Below are positions 9,492 to 17,817 of a stretch of DNA of 64,000 nt, piece after piece. Both the position numbers and the translations under genes were made by a program. The notes beneath the pieces are model-generated. The model saw nothing but the letters and a program-made list of their open reading frames with translations, made no database searches and had not been told where the DNA came from. Every line of letters starts with the position of its first letter. The stretch's first letter is position 1. Source of the DNA: Bacteroidales bacterium. Lineage in GTDB: Bacteria; Bacteroidota; Bacteroidia; Bacteroidales; UBA3824. Where the stretch lies: NCBI GenBank assembly GCA_017544805.1, contig JAFYDK010000094.1, positions 14,966 through 78,965 on the forward strand. The letters run 5' to 3'.

Positions 9492-11701
9492 TAATTATCG
9501 GCATCAAGTTTGCCGATTTTTTTCCCTTTGTCGTTGTAGACAACGGCTTTGCCGGAACGTTCGCCTTTTTTGTATTTGCACTGATAACGCATATTGCCGT
9601 TTTCGTAATAATACGTACAGTCGCCGTGCCGTCTGCCGTTTTCATAATAAATTTTGGCTTTGATATTACCGTTGTTATAATATTCAATGTAATAACCGTT
9701 CAACTCGTCAGCAGAATATGTAGCCTCCGCCATTAATTTTTGACCGGGGGCATTACGGTAAAAATATGCCGTACCGTTCAACATTCCGTACTGATAATTA
9801 GCCGTTGCAAAAAGATAACCGCTTTCGTAATAAGTACGCCAAATGCCGTTAGCCTTATTACTTAAAACGTTACCCTCAAAATGCGTTTTTTGAATACTAT
9901 CATAAAGCACATTGCAAGGTCCGTCCTCCAAAGCCTCATCTTCCAAAACGACTTTAAAACGCAATGAATCAATATCTTCGATATTAAGCGAATTTTCTGC
10001 TAAACTTTCGGTTTTTAGCGCAATATCCTCGCTCAAGGCCGTAGAATCGTATTGAATTGCAAATTTCGTCTTAAACAAACCGCCGCCGTTTACGAGCTGA
10101 AAACCGAGCCGGGCAAAACTATTGATTAATTCACGGTTGTTTTCAATGTCCTTTTTCTCCTCGGGGGTGGAATATTTTAAAAACGTTTCAAAAAGTTTAG
10201 GAGTCTGAATATACGCCGTTACATTGGATTTTTTGTTGAAACAAGATTTAAAATTATCGAATTTCGTGGATTTTACCATCGTTCTGCCTTGAAGATAATC
10301 GTCGATAATCTGTTTCAAAACTTCTTGAGAATTAGCAAAAACGACATAATCCTCAATATAAGTGAAATATGGTTTTTCGATTTTTGAAAACAATTTTCCG
10401 AAAAACATTTTAAAAAATCCTTTCAAACCTAAATAATTAATTTCAAAATTTCTGTAAGCCTCGATTTTGAATTTTACCGGCGTGCGCTTGTTCAAATGCG
10501 TTATAATATTGCCCAAATGCGCTTTAGCATTGTCAATTTTGTCGGCTTGAATCAAAACGGCAGCATCAATATCGCGGGATTTTTCGCTCAAAGGACGAAG
10601 TTTTGCAATCGTAATTTCCTGTCCTATCCAACCCAAGAAATCGTTTTGAATACTGATTCCGAGAAGTTTTTCAACAAGGGAAATATTTTTTTGCATATCG
10701 TCATACTCGGCTTTGTTGCCACGGATATACTCCTGAATCAAAGCATCATAAAAACTCTTGAAATCGTTGAAAGCAAGACTAAAATACAATGCAGTCTGAT
10801 TTGAAATTATTTCGTAAGCCCTTGTTTTGCCGGGATCTACGCTCGCAAAAGCCCTCAAATACGAATAAACAGAATCCAAAGATGTACGGCCTGAAAGTTC
10901 AATTTGATCGTCAAACAATTCAAGATTCATAACCGAATAAACAAGCGACTGACAAATCATATCAAGACTTTCGGATTTTTCGGCGGAATAGAGCGAATAA
11001 ATTTTGTCAAGCTGCTTAAAATTAACAAAAAACTTAACGTCGTTTCCCGTTAAAAGTTCGGAAGAAACAAATTCAAAATTGCTGTTTTCAGCCCAATAAC
11101 CCGTGTTGAAATTTTTCAAAACTTTTTCAACGACACTTCTGTCAAGGCTGATAATCAAGATGTTGTCCGCTAACGTAAGATTTATCTGAAACGTATTGTC
11201 GGTTTTGTCGGTAAGAGTATAAATTTCATACTGATTATCTTGAGATATTCTGCAAAGCGTTTTCTTCAAACTGTAACCGCTAAGGAGTCCGAGCGATGCA
11301 GAAATTTCATCGTAATATTTTGAAAACTCCTGCAAATCAATAATATACGCCATATCCCAATTATTATCGGTTTTCATACCGCAGGCAAGAAGTTCACGGT
11401 TTTCAAGGATTTTGCGGGTTACGGCATTATCTTTCAAAAATTTATCAACGGTTTCAATATCTTCGTTAATATCGGAGAAATATTCCGTCGTTTTAAGATA
11501 CGCCCAAAACTGACTTTTACTCAAATCGTTCCACGCTTTGGACAAATCGTTGGTCTGAGCCACAAAAAAAGCATCATCGGGCACGGCAGAAAATGCGTCC
11601 GTCGATGTCCTGCTCTTCAAATAAGTTTTGTATCCGAAATACCCCGCAATGGAAAGCACCATCAAGAGTATTACCACTAAAAATACTTTAAAAAATTTCA
11701 T
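9488..11701 (-). CDS. membrane-anchored protein with C-terminal MORN-variant (YwqK-like) repeats
   Basis: I prefer the start MKFFKVFLVVILLMVLSIAGYFGY (ATG 11701..11699) over the extended ORF-track start. There is one N-terminal TM helix. The C-terminus carries repeated G.W..YYENG motifs (GIWRTYYESGYL, NGYYIEYYNNGNIK, HGDCTYYYENGNMR). The central ~550 aa are unassigned. Confidence 0.6.
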   Translation of the reverse strand: MKFFKVFLVVILLMVLSIAGYFGYKTYLKSRTSTDAFSAVPDDAFFVAQTNDLSKAWNDLSKSQFWAYLKTTEYFSDINEDIETVDKFLKDNAVTRKILENRELLACGMKTDNNWDMAYIIDLQEFSKYYDEISASLGLLSGYSLKKTLCRISQDNQYEIYTLTDKTDNTFQINLTLADNILIISLDRSVVEKVLKNFNTGYWAENSNFEFVSSELLTGNDVKFFVNFKQLDKIYSLYSAEKSESLDMICQSLVYSVMNLELFDDQIELSGRTSLDSVYSYLRAFASVDPGKTRAYEIISNQTALYFSLAFNDFKSFYDALIQEYIRGNKAEYDDMQKNISLVEKLLGISIQNDFLGWIGQEITIAKLRPLSEKSRDIDAAVLIQADKIDNAKAHLGNIITHLNKRTPVKFKIEAYRNFEINYLGLKGFFKMFFGKLFSKIEKPYFTYIEDYVVFANSQEVLKQIIDDYLQGRTMVKSTKFDNFKSCFNKKSNVTAYIQTPKLFETFLKYSTPEEKKDIENNRELINSFARLGFQLVNGGGLFKTKFAIQYDSTALSEDIALKTESLAENSLNIEDIDSLRFKVVLEDEALEDGPCNVLYDSIQKTHFEGNVLSNKANGIWRTYYESGYLFATANYQYGMLNGTAYFYRNAPGQKLMAEATYSADELNGYYIEYYNNGNIKAKIYYENGRRHGDCTYYYENGNMRYQCKYKKGERSGKAVVYNDKGKKIGKLDADNY

Positions 11702-11750
11702 ACCGAAAAAAAAGAAAATTTTTGATGTTGCAAATATAAATAAAAATATA

Positions 11751-11758
11751 TAATTTTG
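11751..11758 (+). promoter_or_regulatory. candidate Bacteroidota -7 promoter box TAATTTTG upstream of ssb
   Basis: Matches TAnnTTTG 28 nt upstream of ATG 11786. The -33 element is imperfect (GTTG at N20). The box lies downstream of the ORF-track start at 11756, which argues against that start. Confidence 0.35.
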
Positions 11759-11785
11759 CTTTGTTTTGACAAACATTTTTTCAGC

Positions 11786-12238
11786 ATGAAAGGATACAGC
11801 AAAGCAATCATAATCGGAACAGTAGGTAAAGAACCGTTAATAAGATACATACAAAAAGGTTTTTCAAAAATTACCTTTCCCGTGGCAGTAGACGAAACGG
11901 TCATAAGTGCATTAGGACAAGAGATTGTAGAGACTCAATGGCACAACATCGTTACCTACGGAGAATTATCGAAATTTGCAGAAAAATATGTTCATAAAGG
12001 AGATATAATTTTTTTAGAAGGTAAACTTCAAAACCGTTTTGAATATACCGAAGAGGGTTTCAGATTCAAGACAACAGACATTTTAGCAAGCAGACTTGAA
12101 ATAATTTCCCGCAGCAAAAGCGGTCAGGACACGCCCTTACCGGATGATTCTAAAGAAGAAAAAACAGGTTCGGCAATTCCCGGTTTTGACATCGACAACC
12201 TCAAGTTGGAGGTTACAAAAGATGATTTACCTTTTTAA
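11786..12238 (+). CDS. ssb: single-stranded DNA-binding protein
   Basis: OB-fold N-terminus (IIIGTVGKEP...WHNIVTYG.L...KYV.KGD.I.LEG.L) and the acidic SSB tail ending DDLPF. Start moved to ATG 11786 (MKGYSK). Confidence 0.85.
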   Translation: MKGYSKAIIIGTVGKEPLIRYIQKGFSKITFPVAVDETVISALGQEIVETQWHNIVTYGELSKFAEKYVHKGDIIFLEGKLQNRFEYTEEGFRFKTTDILASRLEIISRSKSGQDTPLPDDSKEEKTGSAIPGFDIDNLKLEVTKDDLPF

Positions 12239-12262
12239 GTTTTTTTGTTTTTTAAGTAAGAA

Positions 12263-13534
12263 TTGGAAACTATTTTAAATACGATATTAAATTTTGCGTT
12301 AATTGCGCCTTCAGACTTCAGTGCGTACATTATTCCCGCCCTGATGATTGTAATACTCACGCTTTTGTTCTCACTTTCTTGGGCAAGAGGTGCGGTTGGC
12401 GTGTTAATAAAAAAAGAAAACAAAAACAAAGCAAAAGCAGCAATTTCGGCGTGGGAAATACTTTTAACAGTATTTTTTGCGCTGTGTGCCTTCTCATTAG
12501 TAAAATCGCCGTCAAATGTTTTTTCGCCTTACACGGCAGTTTTGGATTTTGGAGAATATCCGGCTTTGGAATATGCGGTTTTGTTTTTGATAACAACCTT
12601 TCTGCTTGTTATCTGCATTGAAATTCCAAGCCGTGTTTTCACTTTGGCGCAAAAAGAAAAATTCGTTTTCAAAACAAAATTTTTCGTAAAATCAGCTATC
12701 AAAACAGGTTCGTTGTTAATTTTTTCAAGCGTATATGCCAAGGAAAAAGAGGACAGCGACTCAGAACAAATTTCGGTTGCAATAGATTCTGGTAACACCA
12801 AAATCGGTGAAAAAGAAATTCTTAAAAATATTCTTCAATTCGGTGATACTCAAGTAAAAGAGATTATGACACCAAGGCACGATATTGTTGCAATAGAACA
12901 AAACGAAAAATATTCTGCCTTAAAAAAACTCGTTGTAGAATCCAATTTTTCAAGAATTCCTGTCTTTGAAAAAACGCCCGACAATATTTACGGCATAATT
13001 TACGTCAAGGATTTGTTGAAATATATTTCCATGGACGATAGCTTTGATTGGACAAGACTTGTAAAAAAAATAAGTTACGTATCGGAAAACAAAAAAATTT
13101 CTGACTTGTTAAAAGTTTTTCAACAGAAAAAAATCCACATGGCAGTCGTTTCAAACGAGTACGGCGGCATTTCGGGGTTGATAACAATGCAGGATATTTT
13201 GGAGGAAATCGTAGGCGAGATTTCTGACGAGTTCGACGACAACGACGAAATAATGTTTAAGAAAATAAGTGAAACGCATTATATTTTCGACGGCAAAATC
13301 ATGTTAAGCGATTTTTACAAAACGCTGAATTTGGACGATGATTTTTTTCAAGGTGTGAAAGGCGATGCAGAATCCTTAGCGGGAGTACTTTTGGAAATGC
13401 GCGGTGAATTTCCGCAATTAGGCGAAAAAATTCCATACAAGAATTTAGTATTCATAACCGAAGCATTCAACAACAGACGCATCGAAAAAATAAGCGTTAA
13501 AATTATTTCTAATCCCAAAGAAGAAGAACAATGA
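12263..13534 (+). CDS. gldE: gliding-motility-associated GldE (CNNM/DUF21 membrane domain + CBS pair + CorC_HlyC)
   Basis: N-terminal TM helices, a CBS pair (IMTPRHDIVAIE..., IHMAVVSNEYGGISGLITMQDILEEIVGEI) and a CorC_HlyC-like C-terminus. It overlaps the downstream gldD by 4 nt (ATGA). The ORF-track start is TTG and the next in-frame ATG is 12344, so the start is uncertain. Confidence 0.7.
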   Translation: METILNTILNFALIAPSDFSAYIIPALMIVILTLLFSLSWARGAVGVLIKKENKNKAKAAISAWEILLTVFFALCAFSLVKSPSNVFSPYTAVLDFGEYPALEYAVLFLITTFLLVICIEIPSRVFTLAQKEKFVFKTKFFVKSAIKTGSLLIFSSVYAKEKEDSDSEQISVAIDSGNTKIGEKEILKNILQFGDTQVKEIMTPRHDIVAIEQNEKYSALKKLVVESNFSRIPVFEKTPDNIYGIIYVKDLLKYISMDDSFDWTRLVKKISYVSENKKISDLLKVFQQKKIHMAVVSNEYGGISGLITMQDILEEIVGEISDEFDDNDEIMFKKISETHYIFDGKIMLSDFYKTLNLDDDFFQGVKGDAESLAGVLLEMRGEFPQLGEKIPYKNLVFITEAFNNRRIEKISVKIISNPKEEEQ

Positions 13535-14109
13535 AAAAACACATACAAATTTTTATAACAGTTTTTACGGTTTTCATGCTGTTTTCGTGTTCGCACAAGC
13601 CGACGCCAAAACCAAGAGGTTATTTTAGGATAACGTTTCCTGAAAAAGAATATTCGATTTATGATTCATTGGATTTGCCGTATAGTTTTGCGATGCCGAA
13701 TTATTGCATTATGGAAAAAGAAAACTCAAGAGGAGCCGAAAAATATTGGACCAATATCGTTTTCAAAGGCATGAACGCCAAAATTCATATTACGTTCACT
13801 TTTCTTAACAACAATCTCGATACTCTGATTGAGGATTCGCATACACTTGCCTACAAACACACCGTAAAAGCCGATGCAATCGAAAAAATATCGTATTACA
13901 ACGACTCTACAAGAGTTTACGGTCTTATGTACAATCTCAAAGGCAACGTAGCAAGTCCCGTGCAGTTTTATTTGACCGACAGCACGAAACATTTTCTCAG
14001 GGGTTCGCTTTATTTTAACAGTTCTCCTAACAAAGATTCGCTTTTGCCGGCTGTAAATTTCATACGGGAAGACATAAAACAAATTTTTGAAACTTTGCAA
14101 TGGAAATAA
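13531..14109 (+). CDS. gldD: gliding-motility lipoprotein GldD
   Basis: 192 aa with lipoprotein signal ..MLFSC followed by SHKPTPKPRGYFRITFPEKEY, the typical GldD N-terminus. Its size and its position directly after gldE also fit. Confidence 0.7.
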   Translation: MKKHIQIFITVFTVFMLFSCSHKPTPKPRGYFRITFPEKEYSIYDSLDLPYSFAMPNYCIMEKENSRGAEKYWTNIVFKGMNAKIHITFTFLNNNLDTLIEDSHTLAYKHTVKADAIEKISYYNDSTRVYGLMYNLKGNVASPVQFYLTDSTKHFLRGSLYFNSSPNKDSLLPAVNFIREDIKQIFETLQWK

Positions 14110-14113
14110 TATT

Positions 14114-14749
14114 ATGGCATTTTTGGACAAAACAATAAAATCAGAAAATAATATCATCGGTTTTTGGAAAATCGAGGAAGAAAGCGCAGAACTTTTTTCG
14201 CTGTTAAAAGACTCCTTGAATGCAAGAGAATTGACTCAATACAAGGATTTAACGCATGAGAGAAGACGTTGCGAATGGCTTGCAAGCAGACTTTTGATTC
14301 AAAAACTACTCGGTCAGCACGCTGAAGTTTTTTATTACGACTCGGGCAAACCCTATATCAAAAATGGTTTCAATATATCTATAACACATAGTTACGACAT
14401 GGCGGGTGTTATGATTTCCGACAAAAATCATATAGGTCTTGACATCGAAAAAATGAATTTAAGGATTTTGAAAATAGAACACAAATTCATGGAAAAATCC
14501 GAAATCAGCGGACTTAAACCTGACAACAAAATCCAAAGTCTTTATGTTAATTGGTGCGCTAAAGAGGCTATGTACAAAGCTTTCAATATAAAGGATTTTG
14601 ATTTCAAAGACAATTTCCGTCTTGAAACCTTTGATTATCTTTCATGCGGCAAAGTCCCCGGCAAAATCATGCAAGGCGATTTAGAGAAAAAATTCACCAT
14701 TCATTACAACGAATTTGACGGCTACATGACGGCATGGTGCGCTGAATAA
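14114..14749 (+). CDS. 4'-phosphopantetheinyl transferase (Sfp-type)
   Basis: Motifs GLDIEKM and WCAKEAMYKA (the W..KEA..K PPTase signature). I prefer ATG 14114 over the TTG at 14087, which overlaps gldD. Confidence 0.7.
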   Translation: MAFLDKTIKSENNIIGFWKIEEESAELFSLLKDSLNARELTQYKDLTHERRRCEWLASRLLIQKLLGQHAEVFYYDSGKPYIKNGFNISITHSYDMAGVMISDKNHIGLDIEKMNLRILKIEHKFMEKSEISGLKPDNKIQSLYVNWCAKEAMYKAFNIKDFDFKDNFRLETFDYLSCGKVPGKIMQGDLEKKFTIHYNEFDGYMTAWCAE

Positions 14750-14769
14750 TTTTTTTAGTTTTTTTTAGG

Positions 14770-15483
14770 ATGACGATATATCAAAAATATTTTTCACGGG
14801 ACAAAAAGCGCATTGCCGTTTTGTTAGATCCCGACAAATTAACTTTAGAAACGGCGTTACGTTACGGTGAAATCATAGAAAAATCTCCTGCTGAAATAAT
14901 TTTAGCAGGCGGTAGTCTTGTTAATAATCCGGTTGAAGAAATAATTTCAGCATTGAAACAATCCACGGAAAAACCCGTTGTTTTGTTTCCAGGCTCGGGT
15001 TCACAAGTTGTAAAAGAGGCTGACGCGCTTTTGTATTTGAGTTTAATTTCGGGCAGAAATTCCGAATATTTAATCGGTGAACACGTCAGAACGGCTTTTA
15101 AAATTAAAAAAACGGGATTAGAGATTATTCCGACAGGTTATATTTTGATTGACGGTGGCAAAATTACTTCCGTTCAATACATCAGCAATACGATGCCAAT
15201 ACCGAAAGACAAACCCGATTTAGCTGCGGCAACAGCAGTTGCAGGCGAATTTTTAGGTTTAAAATGTCTTTACCTTGAGGCAGGAAGCGGTGCTGAAAAT
15301 CCAATTAGAAAAGAAATGATTTCAGCTGTCAGAAATTGCGTATCGCTGCCGATAATCACAGGCGGAGGTTTGCGCAGTATGCAAGATATTGAAAAAGCCT
15401 TTAACGCCGGAGCCGACATCACTGTCATCGGCTCAGCGTTTGAGAAAAATCCCGACTTTTTCAATTCTTCAATACTCGTTTAG
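14770..15483 (+). CDS. geranylgeranylglyceryl-phosphate synthase family protein (PcrB/GGGPS-like TIM barrel)
   Basis: 237 aa with LLDPDK, ILAGGS, YLEAGSGA and ITGGGLRS motifs characteristic of the GGGPS/PcrB family. Confidence 0.75.
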   Translation: MTIYQKYFSRDKKRIAVLLDPDKLTLETALRYGEIIEKSPAEIILAGGSLVNNPVEEIISALKQSTEKPVVLFPGSGSQVVKEADALLYLSLISGRNSEYLIGEHVRTAFKIKKTGLEIIPTGYILIDGGKITSVQYISNTMPIPKDKPDLAAATAVAGEFLGLKCLYLEAGSGAENPIRKEMISAVRNCVSLPIITGGGLRSMQDIEKAFNAGADITVIGSAFEKNPDFFNSSILV

Positions 15484-17804
15484 TTTCTGTCCCACCAAGA
15501 TTTATTATAAATCATAAATCCGAGGTTGAACATATAATAAAAATGACTTTTGCCTTCAGGCTCGTATCTTACAGTAAAGGCCAAAGGTCCGATAAACGTT
15601 TGATACGAAAGTGCAGCGTTGAAGAAATATTTGAAACCGTCAAATTTTCCACGTTTTTCATATTCGTAAGTATTTTTTTCTTCGTTAACAATAAGGAAAT
15701 CCTTTTTGTACGGTTCAAAAGCGTAACCCGCAATTCTAAAAGTGAAATCCTCTGTAAATCTGTACAATACACCAAGACTTCCAGCAGCATATTTTGAAGC
15801 ACGATAATCCTCAAAAAGCATTGTTTTGGTATAATCGGTAGGACGGTAAGCGTTAGTTGTAAGCAGCGTTGCCATAGAATTGTGCAATTCGTCATGCTTG
15901 CTTAAATTGAGTTCCACCGAAAACGGGAAACTGAATTTATGATTTTTGCTACCAAAAGAATAATTTTCGTAAGAAATATAAATATCAAAAAAATTTCTCT
16001 TTTCGGGCAAATAATCACTTTTTTCACCGGTAAAATCACTTCCGGGAATAAATTTTTCCCTTGCTTTTGCGTATTTTAATTTCAACATAAAATTCGTTCC
16101 TTTTCCCGGCATCGTAACATGATCCAAGGTTTGACGCTGATAAGTTACATGATAACCGTTATAATTCAAAGTCGTCTTATCTAACTGATTGGAAGACAGA
16201 TAAACAGGTGAAATATTATACTGCTCAGAAAAACGTCCTAAAGAGGTTCCAAAAGAGAATTTACCCGCCATCATAACAGGCAAAATAAAATTAGCATAAT
16301 ATTCAAAATCGTTTTTAATACACATCGGACTTCTGGTGTCAATAAAGAAAACATCCGGGTCAGCCTCCACATAATTGTAACGGTTAAGTTGAACGGCAGT
16401 TTCAAACGAGAACTCAGGAGAGGGGAAATATGCTTTCATCTGAGCCATACCCGAGGTATAAAATCTTCCGAAATAACCGTTTACTCTTACAACAGTGGGA
16501 ATATATGCGCAAAAAAGTTTTTCTAATTCCAAAAATCCTTCGCAATTGGCTGAAGTTGAGATATTTCCACCAATTTTAGCGCAAAGGGTTTTACGTCTTG
16601 TAAGTTCAAGGTCAAGACCGTATCTTTCAACATTAGGATCGTAATTCGTTGTAGGATAAATTCTGTCCAAAGTTATATCGGCAGCTATTTTATAAAATTC
16701 ACGTTTCATATTTGCAAGCGAAAGAGTATCATGCTTGAAATCCTTGAAAGATGCCAAAATATATTTTGAATGAGAATTTTTAAGTCCCGTACCCGAAATG
16801 GAAAAACTGTCAAAAACCAAAGGATGAATTTTGGCTTTGAAATTACTTCTGCGTTCAAAATATTGTTCATCGGTTACGTGCCTTTTAATCAAAGCTTTAA
16901 TAGAATCTATTTTTTCATAAACGGCATCGTAACCGCGGCGGATTAAATCTTCACAAGGCGCAAAATCCAAAGTGCTGTGATTTAGGACATCCGGCACAAT
17001 CATAATACCTTTGCCTTGAGGAATTACATAATTGCTTGGGTCCATAACCATATTTTCGATTTGACTAATCAAATCGTCCTCCTTAGGTTTTTCGTTGTTG
17101 GTGCTGACCTGAACGCCGAGAATAATATCGGGATTAAAATCCTTTTCCATAACGTCAATCGGACAGTTGTTGTAAATACCGCCGTCAAAAAGCAGACTTC
17201 CTTGAAAAATCACAGGTCTAAAATAAAGCGGAATAGCCATCGAAGAACGTACAGCCGTACTCAAATGCCCGTTTCTGAAAATAACGGATCGCTTTTTGTA
17301 AACATCGGAAGCCACACAACGAAAAGGCACCATCAAAGAGTCAAAATTATAACCCGCAGCCGCAGCCGCCGGACCCATTATTTCCTCAAATGCGAAATCC
17401 ATTTGATGCGAAGAAATAATATTGGTGGGAAGATAAATTTTTAAGACGGAATCAACCGCCATTCTAAGTTTAAACCATTCCGAGGTTGGATCATCCTGTT
17501 TATAAAAATATTTCAATTCATCGGCAGTCTCTCCGGAAAGCCATTTTTTAAAATCATTGGAATTAAAAATTTCAGTCATCTCGTCCGTATTATAACCGGA
17601 GGCATACAAAGCTCCGATAATCGAACCCATAGAAGTTCCTGTTATATAATCAATCGGGATTCCTTGCTCTTCCAAAGCTTTAAGAACGCCGATATGAGCC
17701 AAACCTTTAGCACCACCGCCGCTTAAAACTAATCCGACTTTTTGTGCAAAAACCTCATTGAGGCAAATAAGTAATGTTAAAACAAAAAAATAGATTCTCT
17801 TCAT
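15480..17804 (-). CDS. patatin-like phospholipase with C-terminal putative outer-membrane beta-barrel (PlpD/Omp85-like)
   Basis: Signal peptide, oxyanion GLVLSGGGAKG and nucleophile elbow GTSMGS, with a DGG motif later (LLFDGGIYNN). The C-terminal ~450 aa is rich in alternating aromatic/hydrophobic strands. Confidence 0.8.
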   Translation of the reverse strand: MKRIYFFVLTLLICLNEVFAQKVGLVLSGGGAKGLAHIGVLKALEEQGIPIDYITGTSMGSIIGALYASGYNTDEMTEIFNSNDFKKWLSGETADELKYFYKQDDPTSEWFKLRMAVDSVLKIYLPTNIISSHQMDFAFEEIMGPAAAAAGYNFDSLMVPFRCVASDVYKKRSVIFRNGHLSTAVRSSMAIPLYFRPVIFQGSLLFDGGIYNNCPIDVMEKDFNPDIILGVQVSTNNEKPKEDDLISQIENMVMDPSNYVIPQGKGIMIVPDVLNHSTLDFAPCEDLIRRGYDAVYEKIDSIKALIKRHVTDEQYFERRSNFKAKIHPLVFDSFSISGTGLKNSHSKYILASFKDFKHDTLSLANMKREFYKIAADITLDRIYPTTNYDPNVERYGLDLELTRRKTLCAKIGGNISTSANCEGFLELEKLFCAYIPTVVRVNGYFGRFYTSGMAQMKAYFPSPEFSFETAVQLNRYNYVEADPDVFFIDTRSPMCIKNDFEYYANFILPVMMAGKFSFGTSLGRFSEQYNISPVYLSSNQLDKTTLNYNGYHVTYQRQTLDHVTMPGKGTNFMLKLKYAKAREKFIPGSDFTGEKSDYLPEKRNFFDIYISYENYSFGSKNHKFSFPFSVELNLSKHDELHNSMATLLTTNAYRPTDYTKTMLFEDYRASKYAAGSLGVLYRFTEDFTFRIAGYAFEPYKKDFLIVNEEKNTYEYEKRGKFDGFKYFFNAALSYQTFIGPLAFTVRYEPEGKSHFYYMFNLGFMIYNKSWWDRN

Positions 17805-17817
17805 TTTTTGGGATGGT

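Noticed and set aside
14770-15483. Interpreting the GGGP-synthase homologue as a recent archaeal horizontal transfer.
   Set aside because: This family is known to be widespread in Bacteroidota. The gene sits in a tight native-looking operon, and I see no obvious compositional break or mobile-element flank.
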